Below, piece by piece: positions 1 to 12,590 of a stretch of 64,000 nt of DNA. The notes under the pieces are model-generated. The model was not told where the DNA came from, made no database searches, and worked only from the letters and a program-made list of their open reading frames with translations. Both the position numbers and the translations under genes were made by a program. The stretch spans positions 124,001-188,000 of the forward strand of contig JASTWF010000036.1 of NCBI GenBank assembly GCA_030390025.1, given 5' to 3'. Position 1 is the stretch's first letter. Every line of letters begins with the position of its first letter. The stretch comes from Squalus acanthias. Lineage: Eukaryota.

Positions 1-152
1 TGGTCAATTATCACATCGCTGTTTGTGGGAGCTTGCTGTGCGCAAATTGGCTGCCGCGTTTCCCACAATACAACAGCGACCGCACTTGAAAAACAAAGTA
101 CTTCATTGCCCGTCACGCGCTTTGGGATGTCCTGAGGTGGTGCGAAAGGCGT
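1..152 (+). mobile_element. Deu-domain-type SINE, 3' fragment
   Basis: Same sequence as 39460-39590 and 45590-45730 (tgtttgtgggagcttgctgtgcgcaaattggctgcc...). Confidence 0.7.
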
Positions 153-328
153 TCATCTGTCAGTGGGAGCTGTGTTCGATCGAAGGGGAGTTGCTTAATC
201 CGAGCCTCCTGGTGCCCTGCCCCCCCCTTTCCAAGAGTATACCTGCGGCAGCTGAGTCGCAGAATCCTGTCTAACCTGAAATTCCACATCCCTCCCTCGG
301 TGGACGACAAACATTGCAATCTGTCGTA

Positions 329-858
329 ACAACAGAAAACGCTGGAACAACTCAGCAGGCCAGGCAGCATCCGTGGAGAGAGAAACAGAGTTAACGTTTC
401 AGGTCGAAGACCCTTTCGTCCAGAACTGAGAAAAAAGCAGGAAAAAGAAATAGATTTAAAGCAAGGATAAAGCTGGGAAAAGGGGGAGGGGATGAGAGAA
501 CAAAAGGGAAGGTCAGTGGTGGGATCGAAAGCAGGAGAGATTAAGGGCTGGATTTTGATACTGGGGCGGGTTGGGGGTCGTGTTATCCACTTTTCGTGTT
601 ATCCACCCGACTGCAATTGGATGTGGGAGATTGATGCAATTTTCACCTCATTGGGCAATTGAGTTCCAGCATGTGGGAACCCATGAACCAATTAGTGTTT
701 TCAGTCTGAAAGTCGCCTCTGATGATGTCATCATTGCTGCTGCATTGAAGGTCTTCAGAGACTGCCTGGCCTTTGCTGTGAGAGGACCTGGATGCAAAAT
801 GAGAGGGCTGCTCCCAGATATTTTTACACCACCACTGTGTGAGAGACAGAGAGAAGAG

Positions 859-894
<36 letters not shown>

Positions 895-1716
895 AATAGC
901 CAGCCAAATGTGCTCCCGCCAGGTTTCACAATCGTGGTTCAGAACAGGCGTGCTTCACGTAGATCAAGGGTTAAAATCACAAAGGCCTTTCAAAATGGCA
1001 TTAAAGAGCCAATTTAGTGCTTGTTAAGGGCCTTAACAGCCTATCCCGCCTCTTAGAGGCGGGACGCAGTCGGGAGCAGCAGACACGATTTCATGAAAAT
1101 TGCTTGGAGGCGGACTTGTGCCCGCCCACCAGTTTTCGCAATTTTAACCCCCCCCCACACGCCTCCAAACCCACCTCCACGGGTCAATGAAAATCCAGCC
1201 CTAAGAGACATTGAGAGACATTACGAGATAATCAAGGCGAGAGGAGGTGTTAGTGTGACAGGTTGAGGCTAGATGATGAAGTGTGAAATGCGCTGGCAGA
1301 ATGAAGGACAGCTGCCAGCTTCAGGGAGGGAAGAAAAAAAGGCCAAGAAAAAGGGTGGATGAAAAAATAAAATTAAAAATATATAAATGTGATGGGGGGG
1401 CCGAGGTTACGATCTGAAATTGTTGAACTTGATGTTGAGTCCAGAGGGCTGTAGGGTGCCTAAACGAAAGATGAGGTGCTGTTCTTCGAGCTTCATTGGA
1501 ACAGTGTAATAGGCCGAGGACGGTGAGGTCAGAGTGGGAATGGAGCGGAGAATTAAAAGTGACAGGCCACCGGGAGCTCGGGGTCCCCCTTGCGGACTGA
1601 ACGGAGGTGTTCCGCAAAGCGGTCACCCAATTTGCGTTTGGTCTCCCCAATGTAGAGGAGACCGCATCGTGAGAGCAGCGAATACAGTGTACTAGATTGC
1701 AGGAAGTACAAGTAAA
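329..1716 (-). mobile_element. Penelope-like element, 5'-truncated (GIY-YIG end plus 3' region), interrupted by a MITE
   Basis: FTCTSCNLVHCIRC... frameshifted homologue of 62600-63320; degenerate hammerhead at 389-427. Confidence 0.85.
545..1201. mobile_element. Non-autonomous PIF/Harbinger-like element
   Basis: TIRs GGGCTGGATTTT / AAAATCCAGCCC; TAA duplicated on both sides; absent from the homologous Penelope copy near 62810. Confidence 0.8.
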
Positions 1717-1815
1717 CATTGGAATCTATTGGGCTGGCTCCCTTTGCTTGAAATGCCAGTGGGAGTTTGAGGATTCTGTTCGCTTTGTGGAGTTCTACCA
1801 GACGGTGGGAACAAT

Positions 1816-3243
1816 GGCCCAGAAATTCGGCTCCCTGGCTTCCCGCGGGTGCAAGTATCGCGCGCGCACCTACCTACCGCGCCTGCCGTTGACCTCTGGG
1901 CCCACGGGGACTTCAGCTCCTGGGCCTCCTGCAGCTGCCGGCGCGCAGTGCTTGTGTATCCCAGGGGCGTAGTTAGTGCGATGCGTCCGCTGGGATCACA
2001 TGGGCCATGGAGAGCCAATGGCAGCAGACCATCTTTCATTCATAGATTTGACAGGAGACCTGTCAAATCTGTGAATTGAAATCGGCCCCAAAACAACACC
2101 TAAACTTCAAATACATTTTTTTTAAAAACCATCACATTTTTAAAATAACTATAAGTTAAATAAATTAACTACTTTAAACAAAAATTTAAATTTTTGAAAA
2201 AATTAAAATACTTTTTAACAGTGCTAAAACTAAACTTACCTTTACATAAGAACATAAGAAATAGGAGCAGGAATAGGCCAATCGGCCCCTCGAGCCTGCT
2301 CCGCCATTCAATAAGATCATGGCTGATCTGATCCTAACCTCAAATCTAAAGAACACAAGAAGTAGGAGCAGGACCCGGCCACTCAGCCCCTGGGCCCGCT
2401 CCGCCACCCACAGGGCCCTGACCGATCCGAACTCAGCCTCATGTCCAATTTCCTGCCCGCTCCCCGCAACCCCTAATTCCCTTTACCTCTAGGAAACTGT
2501 CTATTCCTGTTTTAAATTGATTTAATGATGTAGCTTCCACAGCTTCCTGGGGCAGCAAATTCCACAGACCTACTACCCTCTGAGTGAAGAAGTTTCTCCT
2601 CATCTCAGTTTTGAAAGAGCAGCCCCTTATTCTAAAATTATGTCCCCTAGTTCTAGTTTCACCCATCCTTGGGAACATCCTTACCGCATCCACCCGATCC
2701 AACTCCTTCACAATCTTATATGTTTCAATAAGATCGCCTCTCATTCTTCTGAACTCCAATGAGTAGAGTCCCAATCTACTCAACCTCTCCTCATATGTCC
2801 ACCCCCTCATCCCCGGGATTAACCGAGTGAACCTTCTTTGTACTGCCTCGAGAGCAAGTATGCCTTTTCTTAAGTATGGTGTCTTTTCTTAAGTATCTAA
2901 AAAAGGTAAACCTGTTGAAAAATTTTTTAAATTGTAATTAATTAACCACTTACCTTGTTAAAAACGGGTCTTCCGCCTCCTTTTTAAATGTGCAGCTTCT
3001 TCCATACTTACCTTCCCGGAGAAACCTGAAAAAAAACCTAAGTTCGCTGCGTGCGCGCAGCCTCTCCCGCGCACGCGGTTCACCACTGAACCTCCCCCTT
3101 CACCTCTGAACCTCCCCCTTCACGAGATCGGAAGTTCCGGTTTCCCACGCATGCGCAGTGCATGCAGGAAACCGGCACTTCAGGAAGCCTTACGGGTGAG
3201 TACACAGTGCGTACTCACCTGGCAAGTGCCGAATTTCTGGCCC
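1816..3243. mobile_element. Non-autonomous Harbinger-like element, copy 1, with nested CR1
   Basis: TIRs GGCCCAGAAATTCGGC / GCCGAATTTCTGGCCC (1 mismatch); AAT at 1813-1815 and 3244-3246; homologous to 25685-26428. Confidence 0.78.
2244..2895 (-). mobile_element. CR1 LINE 3' fragment with duplicated 3'UTR
   Basis: MRGWTYEERLSRLGLYSLEFRRMRGDLIE...FFTQRVV; (CATAAGAA)n tail. Confidence 0.9.
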
Positions 3244-3412
3244 AATAGCTTGCACTTGACACAGCCCGCCTGCGCACAAACAACAACTCCCGTTTATACC
3301 GCGGCTTTAACGCCACACGTCGTGGCGAGGAGCTTCACAGCAGCGATTATCAACCGCGCTCTGACACTGAGCCACACAAGGAGAAATTAGGGCAGGTGAG
3401 GTTTCATAAGTA

Positions 3413-3902
3413 GACAAATGTGAGAAGTCGCACAACACCAGGTTATAGTCCAACAGCTGTATTTGAAATTACAAGCTTTCGGAGCGACCGCTCCTTCGTC
3501 AGGTGAAGTGAAGAGATGCATATAGGCACGGTATATATAGTCAGAGAACACTGCCAGGTGACTACAGTTAATCTTTCTGACTGCCCTTTATCACACCTCG
3601 GCACACCTTGTCTTTGATGTAATGTTTTCCTGACTGACCTGTTTGGACACCATCCACACCTTTGATTGCTGTGATTATCTCTCTGCCGAGGTGTGATAAA
3701 GGGCAGTTAGAAAGATTAACTGTAGTCACCTGGCAGTGTTCTCTGACTATAGATGCTGTGCCTATATGCATCTCTTCACTTCACCTGACGAAGGAGCGGT
3801 CGCTCCGAAAGCTTGTGATTTCAAATAAAGCTGTTGGACTATAACCTGGTGTTGTGCGACTTCTCACATTTGTCCACCCCAGTCCAACACTGGCATCTCC
3901 AC
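3413..3902. mobile_element. Palindromic non-autonomous Penelope-type element (inverted pLTR-like arms)
   Basis: About 190-bp inverted arms 3413-3603 and 3684-3874; hammerhead motif in each arm; TTCATAAGTAGA repeated at 3403-3414 and 3903-3914. Confidence 0.75.
3781..3818 (+). ncRNA. Minimal hammerhead ribozyme motif
   Basis: TCAC-CTGACGA-A-GGAGCG-GT-CGCTCC-GAAA-GCTT-GTGA: core boxes, helix I TCAC/GTGA, helix II, palindromic helix III. Confidence 0.7.
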
Positions 3903-3984
3903 TTCATAAGTAGAGGTATTGCCTTCAGCTGCCCGGGCCCCAAGCTCTGGAATTCCCTTCCCTAAACCTCTCCGCCTCTGCCGA

Positions 3985-4890
3985 TGACACCTAACTTGGG
4001 GGGGTGTGGCAAACAGTGATGGTGATACCAATCGACTGCAACAGGACACAGAAAGGCTAGCAGAATGGGCAGACAAGTGGCAGATGGAATTTAATACAGA
4101 GAAGTGTGAGGTGATACATTTTGGCAGAAGGAACAGGGAGAGGCAATCTACACTGAATGGCATAGTTTTAAAGAGTGTGCAGGGACAGAGGGACCTGGGA
4201 GTTAATGTGCATAGGTCCCTGAAGGTGGCAGGACATATTGAGAGAGTGGTTAGCAAAGCATATGCGATCTTGAGCTTCATAAATAGAGGTATTGAGTACA
4301 AAAGTAGAGAAGTTATGCTGAACCTTTATAAAGCGCTGGTTAGGCCACAACTGGAGTATTGCGTCCAGTTCTGGTCACCACACTTTAGGAAGGATGTGAA
4401 GGTCCTTGAGAGGGTGCAGAGGAGATTTACCAGAATGGTTCTGGGGATGGGGGATCTTAGCTACAAGGACAGGTTGGAGAAGCTGGATTTGTTTTCATTA
4501 GAGCAAAGGAGGTTGAGGGGTGATTTGATAGAGGTGTACAAGATTATGACGGGTTTGGATAGGCTAGACGGGGAAAGGCTGTTCCCACTAGTTGATGGTA
4601 CAAGGACTAGGGGACACAGATTTAAGGTTTTGGGCAAGAGATACGGGGGGATGTGAGGAAAAACTTTTTTACACAGCGAGTGGTGGTGACCTGGAACTCG
4701 CTGCCGACGGAAGTGGTGGAAGCGGAGACACTCAATGTTTTCAAGGGGAGACTGGATAGGCACTTGAGGGAAATAAACTTGCAGGGCTACGGGGATAGAG
4801 CGGGGGAATGGGACTGACTGGATCGGTCTACAGAGAGCCGGCACGGACTCGATGGGCTGAATGGCCTCCTTCTGTGCCATTATGACTCTA
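3985..4890 (+). mobile_element. CR1 LINE ORF2 C-terminal fragment and 3'UTR
   Basis: WQMEFNTEKCEVIHFG...RPQLEYCVQFWSP... Confidence 0.92.
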
Positions 4891-4895
4891 TGACA

Positions 4896-6640
4896 CAAAG
4901 CTTGGTCGAAGAGGTCGGTTTTTAAGGAGCGTCTTAAAGGAGGAGAGAGAGAGGCGAAGAGGTTTAGGGAGGGAATTCCAGAGCTTAGGGCCCAGGCGGC
5001 TGAAGGCACGGCCGCCAATGGTGGAGCGATGGAAATCGGGGGGATGCGCAAGAGGCCAGAATTAGAGGAGAGCAGAGATCTGGGGGGGTTGGAGGACATT
5101 ACAGAGATAGGGAGGGTTGTAGGGGGCTGGAGGAGGTTACAGAGATAGGGAGGGATGTAGGGGGCTGGAGGAGGTTACAGAGATAGGGAGGGTTGTAGGG
5201 GCTGGAGGAGGTTACAGAGATAGGGAGGGTTATAGGGGCTGGAGGAGGTTACAGAGATAGGGAGGGTTGTAGGGGCTGGAGGAGGTTACAGAGATAGGGA
5301 GGGTTGTAGGGGCCTGGAGGAGGTTACAGAGATAGGGAGGGTTGTAGGGGGCTGGAGGAGGTTACAGAGATAGGGACGGTTGTAGGGGGCTGGAGGAGGT
5401 TACAGAGATAGGGAGGGTTGTAGGGGCTGGAGGAGGTTACAGAGATAGGGAGGGTTGTAGGGGGCTGGAGGAGGTTACAGAGATAGGGAGGGTTGTAGGG
5501 GGCTGGAGGAGGTTACAGAGATAGGGAGGGTTGTAGGGGGCTGGAGGAGGTTACAGAGATAGGAAGGGTTGTAGGGGCTGGAGGAGGTTACAGAGATAGG
5601 AAGGGTTGTAGGGGGCTGGAGGAGGTTACAGAGATAGGGAGGGTTGTAGGGGGCTGGAGGAGGTTACAGAGATAGGGAGCATTGTAGGGGGCTGGAGGAG
5701 GTTACAGAGATAGGGAGAGTTGTAGGGGCTGGAGGAGGTTACAGAGATAGGGAGTGTTGTAGGGGCTGGAGGTGGTTGCAGGGATAGGGAGCGTTGTAGG
5801 GGGCTGGAGTAGGTTACAGAGATAGGGAGGGTTGTAGGGGGCTGGAGGAGGTTACACAGATAGGGAGGGTTGTAGGCGACTGGAGGAGGTTACAGAGATA
5901 GGGAGGGTTGTAGGGGGCTGGAGGAGGTTACACAGATAGGGAGGGTTGTAGGGGACTGGAGGAGGTTACAGAGATAGGGAGGGTTGTAGGGGCTGGAGGA
6001 GGTTACACAGATAGGGAGGGTTGTAGGGGGCTGGAGGAGGTTACAGAGATAGGGAGGGTTGTAGGGGGCTGGAGGAGGTTACAGAGATAGGGAGGGTTGT
6101 AGGGGGCTGGAGGAGGTTACACAGATAGGGAGGGTTGTAGGGGGCTGGAGGAGGTTACAGAGATAGGGAGGGTTGTAGGGGCTGGAGGAGGTTACACAGA
6201 TAGGGAGGGTTGTAGGGGGCTGGAGGAGTTTACAGAGATAGGGAGGGTTGTAGGGGGCTGGAGGAGCTTACAGAGATAGGGAGGGTTGTAGGGGCTGGAG
6301 GAGGTTACAGAGATAGGGAGGGTTGTAGGGGGCTGGAGGAGTTTACACAGATAGGGAGGGTTGTAGGGGACTGGAGGAGGTTACAGAGATAGGGAAGGTT
6401 GTAGGGGGCTGGAGGAGGTTACAGAGATAGGGAGGGTTGTAGGGGACTGGAGGAGGTTACACAGATAGGGAGGTTTGTAGGGACTGGAGGAGGTTACACA
6501 GATAGGGAGGGTTGTAGGGGGCTGGAGGAGGTTACAGAGATAGGGTGGGTTGTAGGGGCTGGAGGAGGTTACACAGATAGGGAGGTGGGGTGCGAGGATG
6601 TGGAGGGATTTTAACAGGAGGAAGGTGAATTTTAAATATG
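4896..6640 (-). mobile_element. L2-like LINE 3' end containing a 37-38 bp minisatellite (about 5100-6580)
   Basis: Flanks match 24200-25680 and 59391-60695; unit gggagggttgtaggggctggaggaggttacagagata. Confidence 0.7.
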
Positions 6641-6791
6641 TAATAAAATATCCCTGAGAGGGAGGGATGGGGAGAGAGGCAGTGCTAGGAGCCAAGGAGC
6701 TCTAAGGAGAACAATTCCAGCTTCTCCAGTCTCTGCACATAACTGAAGTCCCTCATCCCCTGTCCTGATATCTGCTCTCGTCTCTCCCCAG

Positions 6792-6908
6792 ACTTCTCTA
6801 GCCCATCGCCTCTTAATGCAGGAAGGATCTCTGATTCACTTGACAATTCCAAACTCACCATCTCTTCCCAACATCTCCCAAGGACTACCGGCCTCCATCA
6901 CTTCAAAG
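6792..6908 (+). CDS. HDAC7: Class IIa HDAC (HDAC7) internal coding exon, first in window
   Basis: cccag|...AAG|gtaaga; 117 nt, phase 0/0; TSLAHRLLMQEGSLIHLTIPNSPSLPNISQGLPASITSK resembles the class IIa TSLAHRL...SPSLPNITLGLP segment. Confidence 0.88.
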
Positions 6909-6929
6909 GTAAGATTTGATGAGGTGTTT

Positions 6930-9900
6930 GGGGGTGAGGAGTGTCACAGTTTGGAGGGTGAGGAGTTCCACAGTTTGGGAGTTAAGAGTCCCTACAGTTT
7001 GGGAGGTGAGGGTGAGGAGTCCCCACAGTTTGGGGAGGTGAGGAGTCCCCACAGTTTGGGGGCGAGGAGTCCCCACAGTTTGGGGGGTGAAGAGTTCCAC
7101 AGTTTGGGAGTGAAGAGTCCCTACAGTTTGGGAGGTGAGGAGTCCCCACAGTTTGGGGGGTGAGGAGTCCTCACAGTTTGGGGGAGGTGAGGAGTCCCCA
7201 CAGTTTGGGGGGTGAGGAGTCCCCACAGTTTGGGGGTGAGGAGTCCCCACAGTTTGGGCGGTGAGGAGTCCCCACAGTTTGGGAGATGAGGAGTCCCCAC
7301 AGTTTGGTGAGATGAGGAGTTCCCACAGTTTGGGGAAGGTGAGGAGTCCCCACAGTTTGGTGAGATGAGGAGTTCCCACAGTTTGGGGGGTGAGGATTCC
7401 CCACAGTTTGGGGGGGGTGAGGAGTCCCCACAGTTTGGGGAGGTGCGGAGTCCCCACAGTTTGGGGGGGGGTGAGGAGTCCCCACAGTTTGGGGGAGGTG
7501 AGGAGTCCCCACAGTTTGGGGGGTGAGGAGTCCCCACAGTTTGGGGGGTGAGGACTCCCCACAGTTTGGGGGTGTGAGGAGTCCCTACAGTTTGGGGGTG
7601 AGGAGTCCCTACAGTTTGGGCAGTGAGGAGTCCCTACAGTTTGGGGAGATGAGGAGTCCCCACAGTTTGGGGGGGGGGTGAGGACTCCCCACAGTTTGGG
7701 GGGGTGAGGAGTCCCCACAGTTTGGGGGGTGAGGAGTCCCCACAGTTTGGGGGGTGAGGACTCCCCACAGTTTGGGGGTGTGAGGAGTCCCTACAGTTTG
7801 GGGGTGAGGAGTCCCTACAGTTTGGGCAGTGAGGAGTCCCTACAGTTTGGGGAGATGAGGAGTCCCCACAGTTTGGGGGGGGGGGTGAGGACTCCCCACA
7901 GTTTGGGGGGGTGAGGAGTCCCCACAGTTTGGGGGGTGAGGAGTCCCCACAGTTTGGGGGGGGGGGGGTGAGGACTCCCCACAGTTTGGGGGGGTGAGGA
8001 GTCCCCACAGTTTGGGGGGTGAGGAGTCCCCACAGTTTGGGGGTGAGGAGTCCCCACAGTTTGGGGAGGTGAGGAGTCCCCACAGTTTGGCAGTGAAGAG
8101 TCCCACAGTTTGGGGGAAGTGAAGTGTCCCACAGTTTGGGGCGAGGAGTCCCCACAGTTTGGGGGAAGTGAAGAGTCCCACAGTTTGGGGGGGGTGAGGA
8201 GTCCCACAGTTTGGGGGGTGAGGAGTCCCCACAGTTTGGGGGGTGAGGAGTCCCCACAGTTTGGGGGAAGTGAGGAGTCCCACAGTTTGTGGGTGTGAGG
8301 AGTCCCCACAGTTTGGGAGATGAGGATTCCCCACAGTTTGGGAGGTGAGGAGTCCCCACAGTTTAGGGAGGTGAGGATTCCCCACAGTTTGGGGGGATGA
8401 GGAGTCCCCACAGTTTGGGGAGGTGAAGAGTCCCCACAGTTTGGGGGGGTGAGGAGTCCCCACAGTTTGGGGGGTGAGGAGTCCCCACAGTTTGGGGGGA
8501 GGTGAGGAGTCCCCACAGTTTGGTGAGATGAGGAGTTCCCACAGTTTGGGGGGGTGAGGATTCCCCACAGTTTGGGGGGGGGTGAGGAGTCCCCACAGTT
8601 TGGGGAGGTGCGGAGTCCCCACAGTTTGGGGGGGGGTGAGGAGTCCCCACAGTTTGGGGGAGGTGAGGAGTCCCCACAGTTTGGGGGGTGAGGAGTCCCC
8701 ACAGTTTGGGGGGTGAGGACTCCCCACAGTTTGGGGGTGTGAGGAGTCCCTACAGTTTGGGGGTGAGGAGTCCCTACAGTTTGGGCAGTGAGGAGTCCCC
8801 ACAGTTTGGGGAGATGAGGAGTCCCCACAGTTTGGGGGGGGGGGGGTGAGGACTCCCCACAGTTTGGGGGGGTGAGGAGTCCCCACAGTTTGGGGGGTGA
8901 GGAGTCCCCACAGTTTGGGGGGGGGGTGAGGACTCCCCACAGTTTGGGGGGGTGAGGAGTCCCCACAGTTTGGGGGGTGAGGAGTCCCCACAGTTTGGGG
9001 GTGAGGAGTCCCCACAGTTTGGGGAGGTGAGGAGTCCCCACAGTTTGGCAGTGAAGAGTCCCACAGTTTGGGGGAAGTGAAGTGTCCCACAGTTTGGGGC
9101 GAGGAGTCCCCACAGTTTGGGGGAAGTGAAGAGTCCCACAGTTTGGGGGGGGGTGAGGAGTCCCACAGTTTGGGGGGTGAGGAGTCCCCACAGTTTGGGG
9201 GGTGAGGAGTCCCCACAGTTTGGGGGAAGTGAGGAGTCCCACAGTTTGTGGGGGTGAGGAGTCCCCACAGTTTGGGAGATGAGGATTCCCCACAGTTTGG
9301 GAGGTGAGGAGTCCCCACAGTTTAGGGAGGTGAGGATTCCCCACAGTTTGGGGGGATGAGGAGTCCCCACAGTTTGGGGAGGTGAAGAGTCCCCACAGTT
9401 TGGGGGGGTGAGGAGTCCCCACAGTTTGGGGGGTGAGGAGTCCCCACAGTTTGGGGGGAGGTGAGGAGTCCCCACAGTTTGGTGAGATGAGGAGTTCCCA
9501 CAGTTTGGGGAGGTGAAGAGTCCCCACAGTTTGGGCAGGTGAGGAGTCCCCACAGTTTGGTGAGATGAGGAGTTCCCACAGTTTGGGGGGTGAGGAGTCC
9601 CCACAGTTTGGGGGTGAGGAGTCCCCACAGTTTGAGGGGGGGGGTGAAGAGTCCCCACAGTTTGGGGGAAGTGAGGAGTCCCACAGTTTGGGGGGTGAGG
9701 TGTCCCTACAGTTTGGGAGTGAAGAGTCCCACAGTTTGGGGGAAGTGAGGAGTCCCCACAGTTTGGGGGCGAGGAGTCCTCACAGTTTGGGGGAAGTGAG
9801 GAGTCCCCACAGTTTGGGGGGTGAGGAGTCCCCACAGTTTGGGGGGAGGTGAGGAGTCCCCACAGTTTGGGGGGGGTGAGGAGTCCCACAGTTTGGGGGG

Positions 9901-11312
9901 TGAGGAGTCCCCACAGTTTGGGGTGGTGAGGAGTCCCACAGTTTGGGGGGTGAGGAGTCCCCACAGTTTGGGGGGAGGTGAGGAGTCCCCACAGTTTGGG
10001 GGGGGTGAGGAGTCCCCACAGTTTGGGGGAAGTGAGGAGTCCCACAGTTTGTGGGGGTGAGGAGTCCCCACAGTTTGGGAGGTGAGGATTCCCCACAGTT
10101 TGGGAGGTGAGGAGTCCCCACAGTTTAGGGAGGTGAGGATTCCCCACAGTTTGGGGGGGGTGTGAGGAGTCCCCACAGTTTGGGAGTATGAGGAGTCCCC
10201 ACAGTTTGGGGAGGTGAAGAGTCCCCACAGTTTGGTGAGATGAGGAGTTCCCACAATTTGGGGAGGTGAGGAGTCCCCACAGTTTGGGGAGGTGAGGAAT
10301 CCCCACAGTTTGGTGAGATGAGGAGTTCCCACAGTTTGGGGGGTGAGGAGTCCCCACAGTTTGGGGTGAGGTGAGGAGTCCCCACAGTTTTTGGGGGGTG
10401 AGGAGTCCCACAGTTTGGGGGGAGGTGAGGAGTCCCCACAGTTTGGGGTGGTGAGGAGTCCCACAGTTTGGGGGGTGAGGAGTCCCCACAGTTTGGGGAG
10501 ATGAGGAGTCCCCACAGTTTTGGGGGTGAGGAGTCCCCACAATTTGGGGGAGGTGAGGAGTCCCCACAGTTTGGGGAGGTGAGGAGTCCCCACAGTTTGG
10601 GGAGGTGAAGAGTCCCCACAGTTGGGGTGGTGAGGAGTCCCACAGTTTGGGGGGTGAGGTGTCCCCACAGTTTGGGAGTGAAGAGTCCCACAGTTTGGGG
10701 GAAGTGAGGAGTCCCCACAGTTTGGGGGCGAGGAGTCCTCACAGTTTGGGGGAAGTGAGGAGTCCCCACAGTTTGGGGGGTGAGGAGTCCCCACAGTTTG
10801 GGGGGTGAGGAGTCCCCACAGTTTGGGGGGTGAGGAGTCCCCACAGTTTGGGGGCTGAGGAGTCCCCACAGTTTGGGGGGGGTGAGGACTCCCCACAGTT
10901 TGGGGGGGTGAGGAGTCCCCACAGTTTGGGGGGTGAGGAGTCCCCACAGTTTGGGGTGAGGTGAGGAGTCCCCACAGTTTGGGGGGGTGAGGAGTCCCCA
11001 CAGTTTGGGGGAAGTGAGGAGTCCCACAGTTTGTGGGGTGTGGAGTCCCCACAGTTTGTGGGGTGAGGAGTCCCCACAGTTTGGGGGGAGGTGAGGAGTC
11101 TCACAGTTTGGGGGAAGTGAGGAGTCTCACAGTTTGGGGGAAGTGAGGAGTCCCCACAGTTTGTGGGCGAGGAGTCCTCGCAGTTTGGGGGCTAGGAGTC
11201 CCTCGGTTTGGGGGAAGTGAAGAGTCCCACAGTTTGTGGGCGAGGAGTCCTCACAGTTTGGGGGAAGTGAAGAGTCCCACAGTTTGGGGGGTGAGGAGTC
11301 CCTCGGTTTGGG
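6930..11312. repeat. About 24-28 bp G-rich minisatellite (gaggagtccccacagtttgggggggt)
   Basis: Direct tandem array of about 4.4 kb with kb-scale higher-order duplication. Confidence 0.95.
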
Positions 11313-11589
11313 GTCCCTGGGGGAGAATGAGGAAGAGCGGGAGATGGTTCGATCAAGTTGCGATTCCAACACCAGGAGGATTGAGGGAGCAGGAAGAGTT
11401 CTTGGTGAAAAGGAGGAGTAAAGTGAGGAAGATTTTGGAGAGGTCCTGATTGGAGTAAGTTTAACCGGATCTCGAATCCTCAACAAAATTGGGGAGCGGG
11501 GGGGCGGCGGTTGGGCGAATCGTCAATTGGACGCCCTTGGAATATTGGGGGGACAGGGAAGGTTGCGATTCCATGTACCAGTGTTCGTA

Positions 11590-12317
11590 TTCAGAGGGAC
11601 CTGGGTGTCCTTGTACACGAATCACTGAAAGTTAACATGCAGGTACAGCAAGCAATTAGGAAAGCAAATGGTATGTTGGCCTTTATTACAAGAGGATTTG
11701 AGTATAAGAGTAAAGATGTCTTACTGCAATTATATAGGGCCCTGGTGAGACCACACCTGGAGTATTGTGTACAGTTCTGGTCTCCTTACCTAAGGAAGGA
11801 TATACTTGCCATAGAGTGCAACGAAGGTTCACCAGACTGATTCCTGGGATGGGGGGGGGGGGGTGAGGGATTGTCCTATGAGGAGAGATTGGATAGACTA
11901 GGCCCTATATTCTCTAGAGTTTAGAAGAATGAGAGGTGATCTCATTGAAACATACATAATTTTTACAGGGCTTGACAGGGTAGATGCAGGGAGGATGTTT
12001 TCCCCCTGGCTGGAGAGTCGAGAACCAGGGGTCACAGTCTCAGAATAAGGGGTCGGCCATTTAGGACTGAGATGAGGAGGAATTTCTTCACTCAGAGGGT
12101 GGTGAATCTTTGGAATTCTCTACCCCAGAGGGCTGTGGAGACTCAGTCGTTGAGTATATTCAAGACAGGGATCGATAGATTTTTGGACACTAAGGGAATC
12201 AAGGGTTAGGGTGGGAAAGTGGAGATGAGGTAGAAGATCAGCCATGATCTCATTGAATGGCGGAGCAGGCTCGAGGGGGCCGGATGGCCGACTCCTGCTC
12301 CTATGTCTTATGTTCTT
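11590..12317 (+). mobile_element. CR1 LINE 3' fragment
   Basis: QRDLGVLVHESLKV...RPHLEYCVQFWSP; ttatgttct tail ends about 40 nt before the exon at 12360. Confidence 0.92.
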
Positions 12318-12359
12318 GTGCTCAGTGATCCCCTACACCTTCTCCCGTTTCCCCGACAG

Positions 12360-12558
12360 AGCCTGGTCGGCGAGATGGAGCGCCGGAACCTGTCCGGATT
12401 GCAGGCCCGGCTGCCGGTGCTGGATGGCCCACTGGTGACCGGTCACTCCCCGGTCACGTACATTCCCGCCGGCGCCCTGGACAGGGAGGCGGGCTCGGCC
12501 AGACTCCAGCCCGTGGTCATCCTGGAGCCTTCGATGGGACAAAGCCCGCTGCTGGCTG
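12360..12558 (+). CDS. HDAC7: HDAC7 coding exon
   Basis: gacag|...G|gtgagt; 199 nt, phase 0/1; SLVGEMERR...ARLQPVVILEPSMGQSPLLA (human HDAC7 has SRLQPILLLDPSGSHAPLLT). Confidence 0.88.
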
Positions 12559-12590
12559 GTGAGTTTTGAAAGGTTTTTGATGAGAGAGTT

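Noticed and set aside
389..427. Functional hammerhead in the first Penelope copy
   Set aside because: The core has an insertion (CTGGACGA) and helix II is imperfect; probably inactive.
2349..2440. ADAR hyper-editing signature in the duplicated CR1 tail
   Set aside because: Changes include both T>C and A>G on one strand, so they are not strand-specific.
3004..3013. U1 snRNA gene
   Set aside because: Only the first 10 nt match; the rest of U1 does not follow.
1..6791. Further upstream HDAC7 exons (MEF2-binding region, NLS)
   Set aside because: No matching peptide seen; the region is almost all repeats, so the 5' exons lie before the window.
6903..11104. Long minus-strand ORFs (up to 597 aa)
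   Set aside because: Translations of the 25-bp minisatellite.
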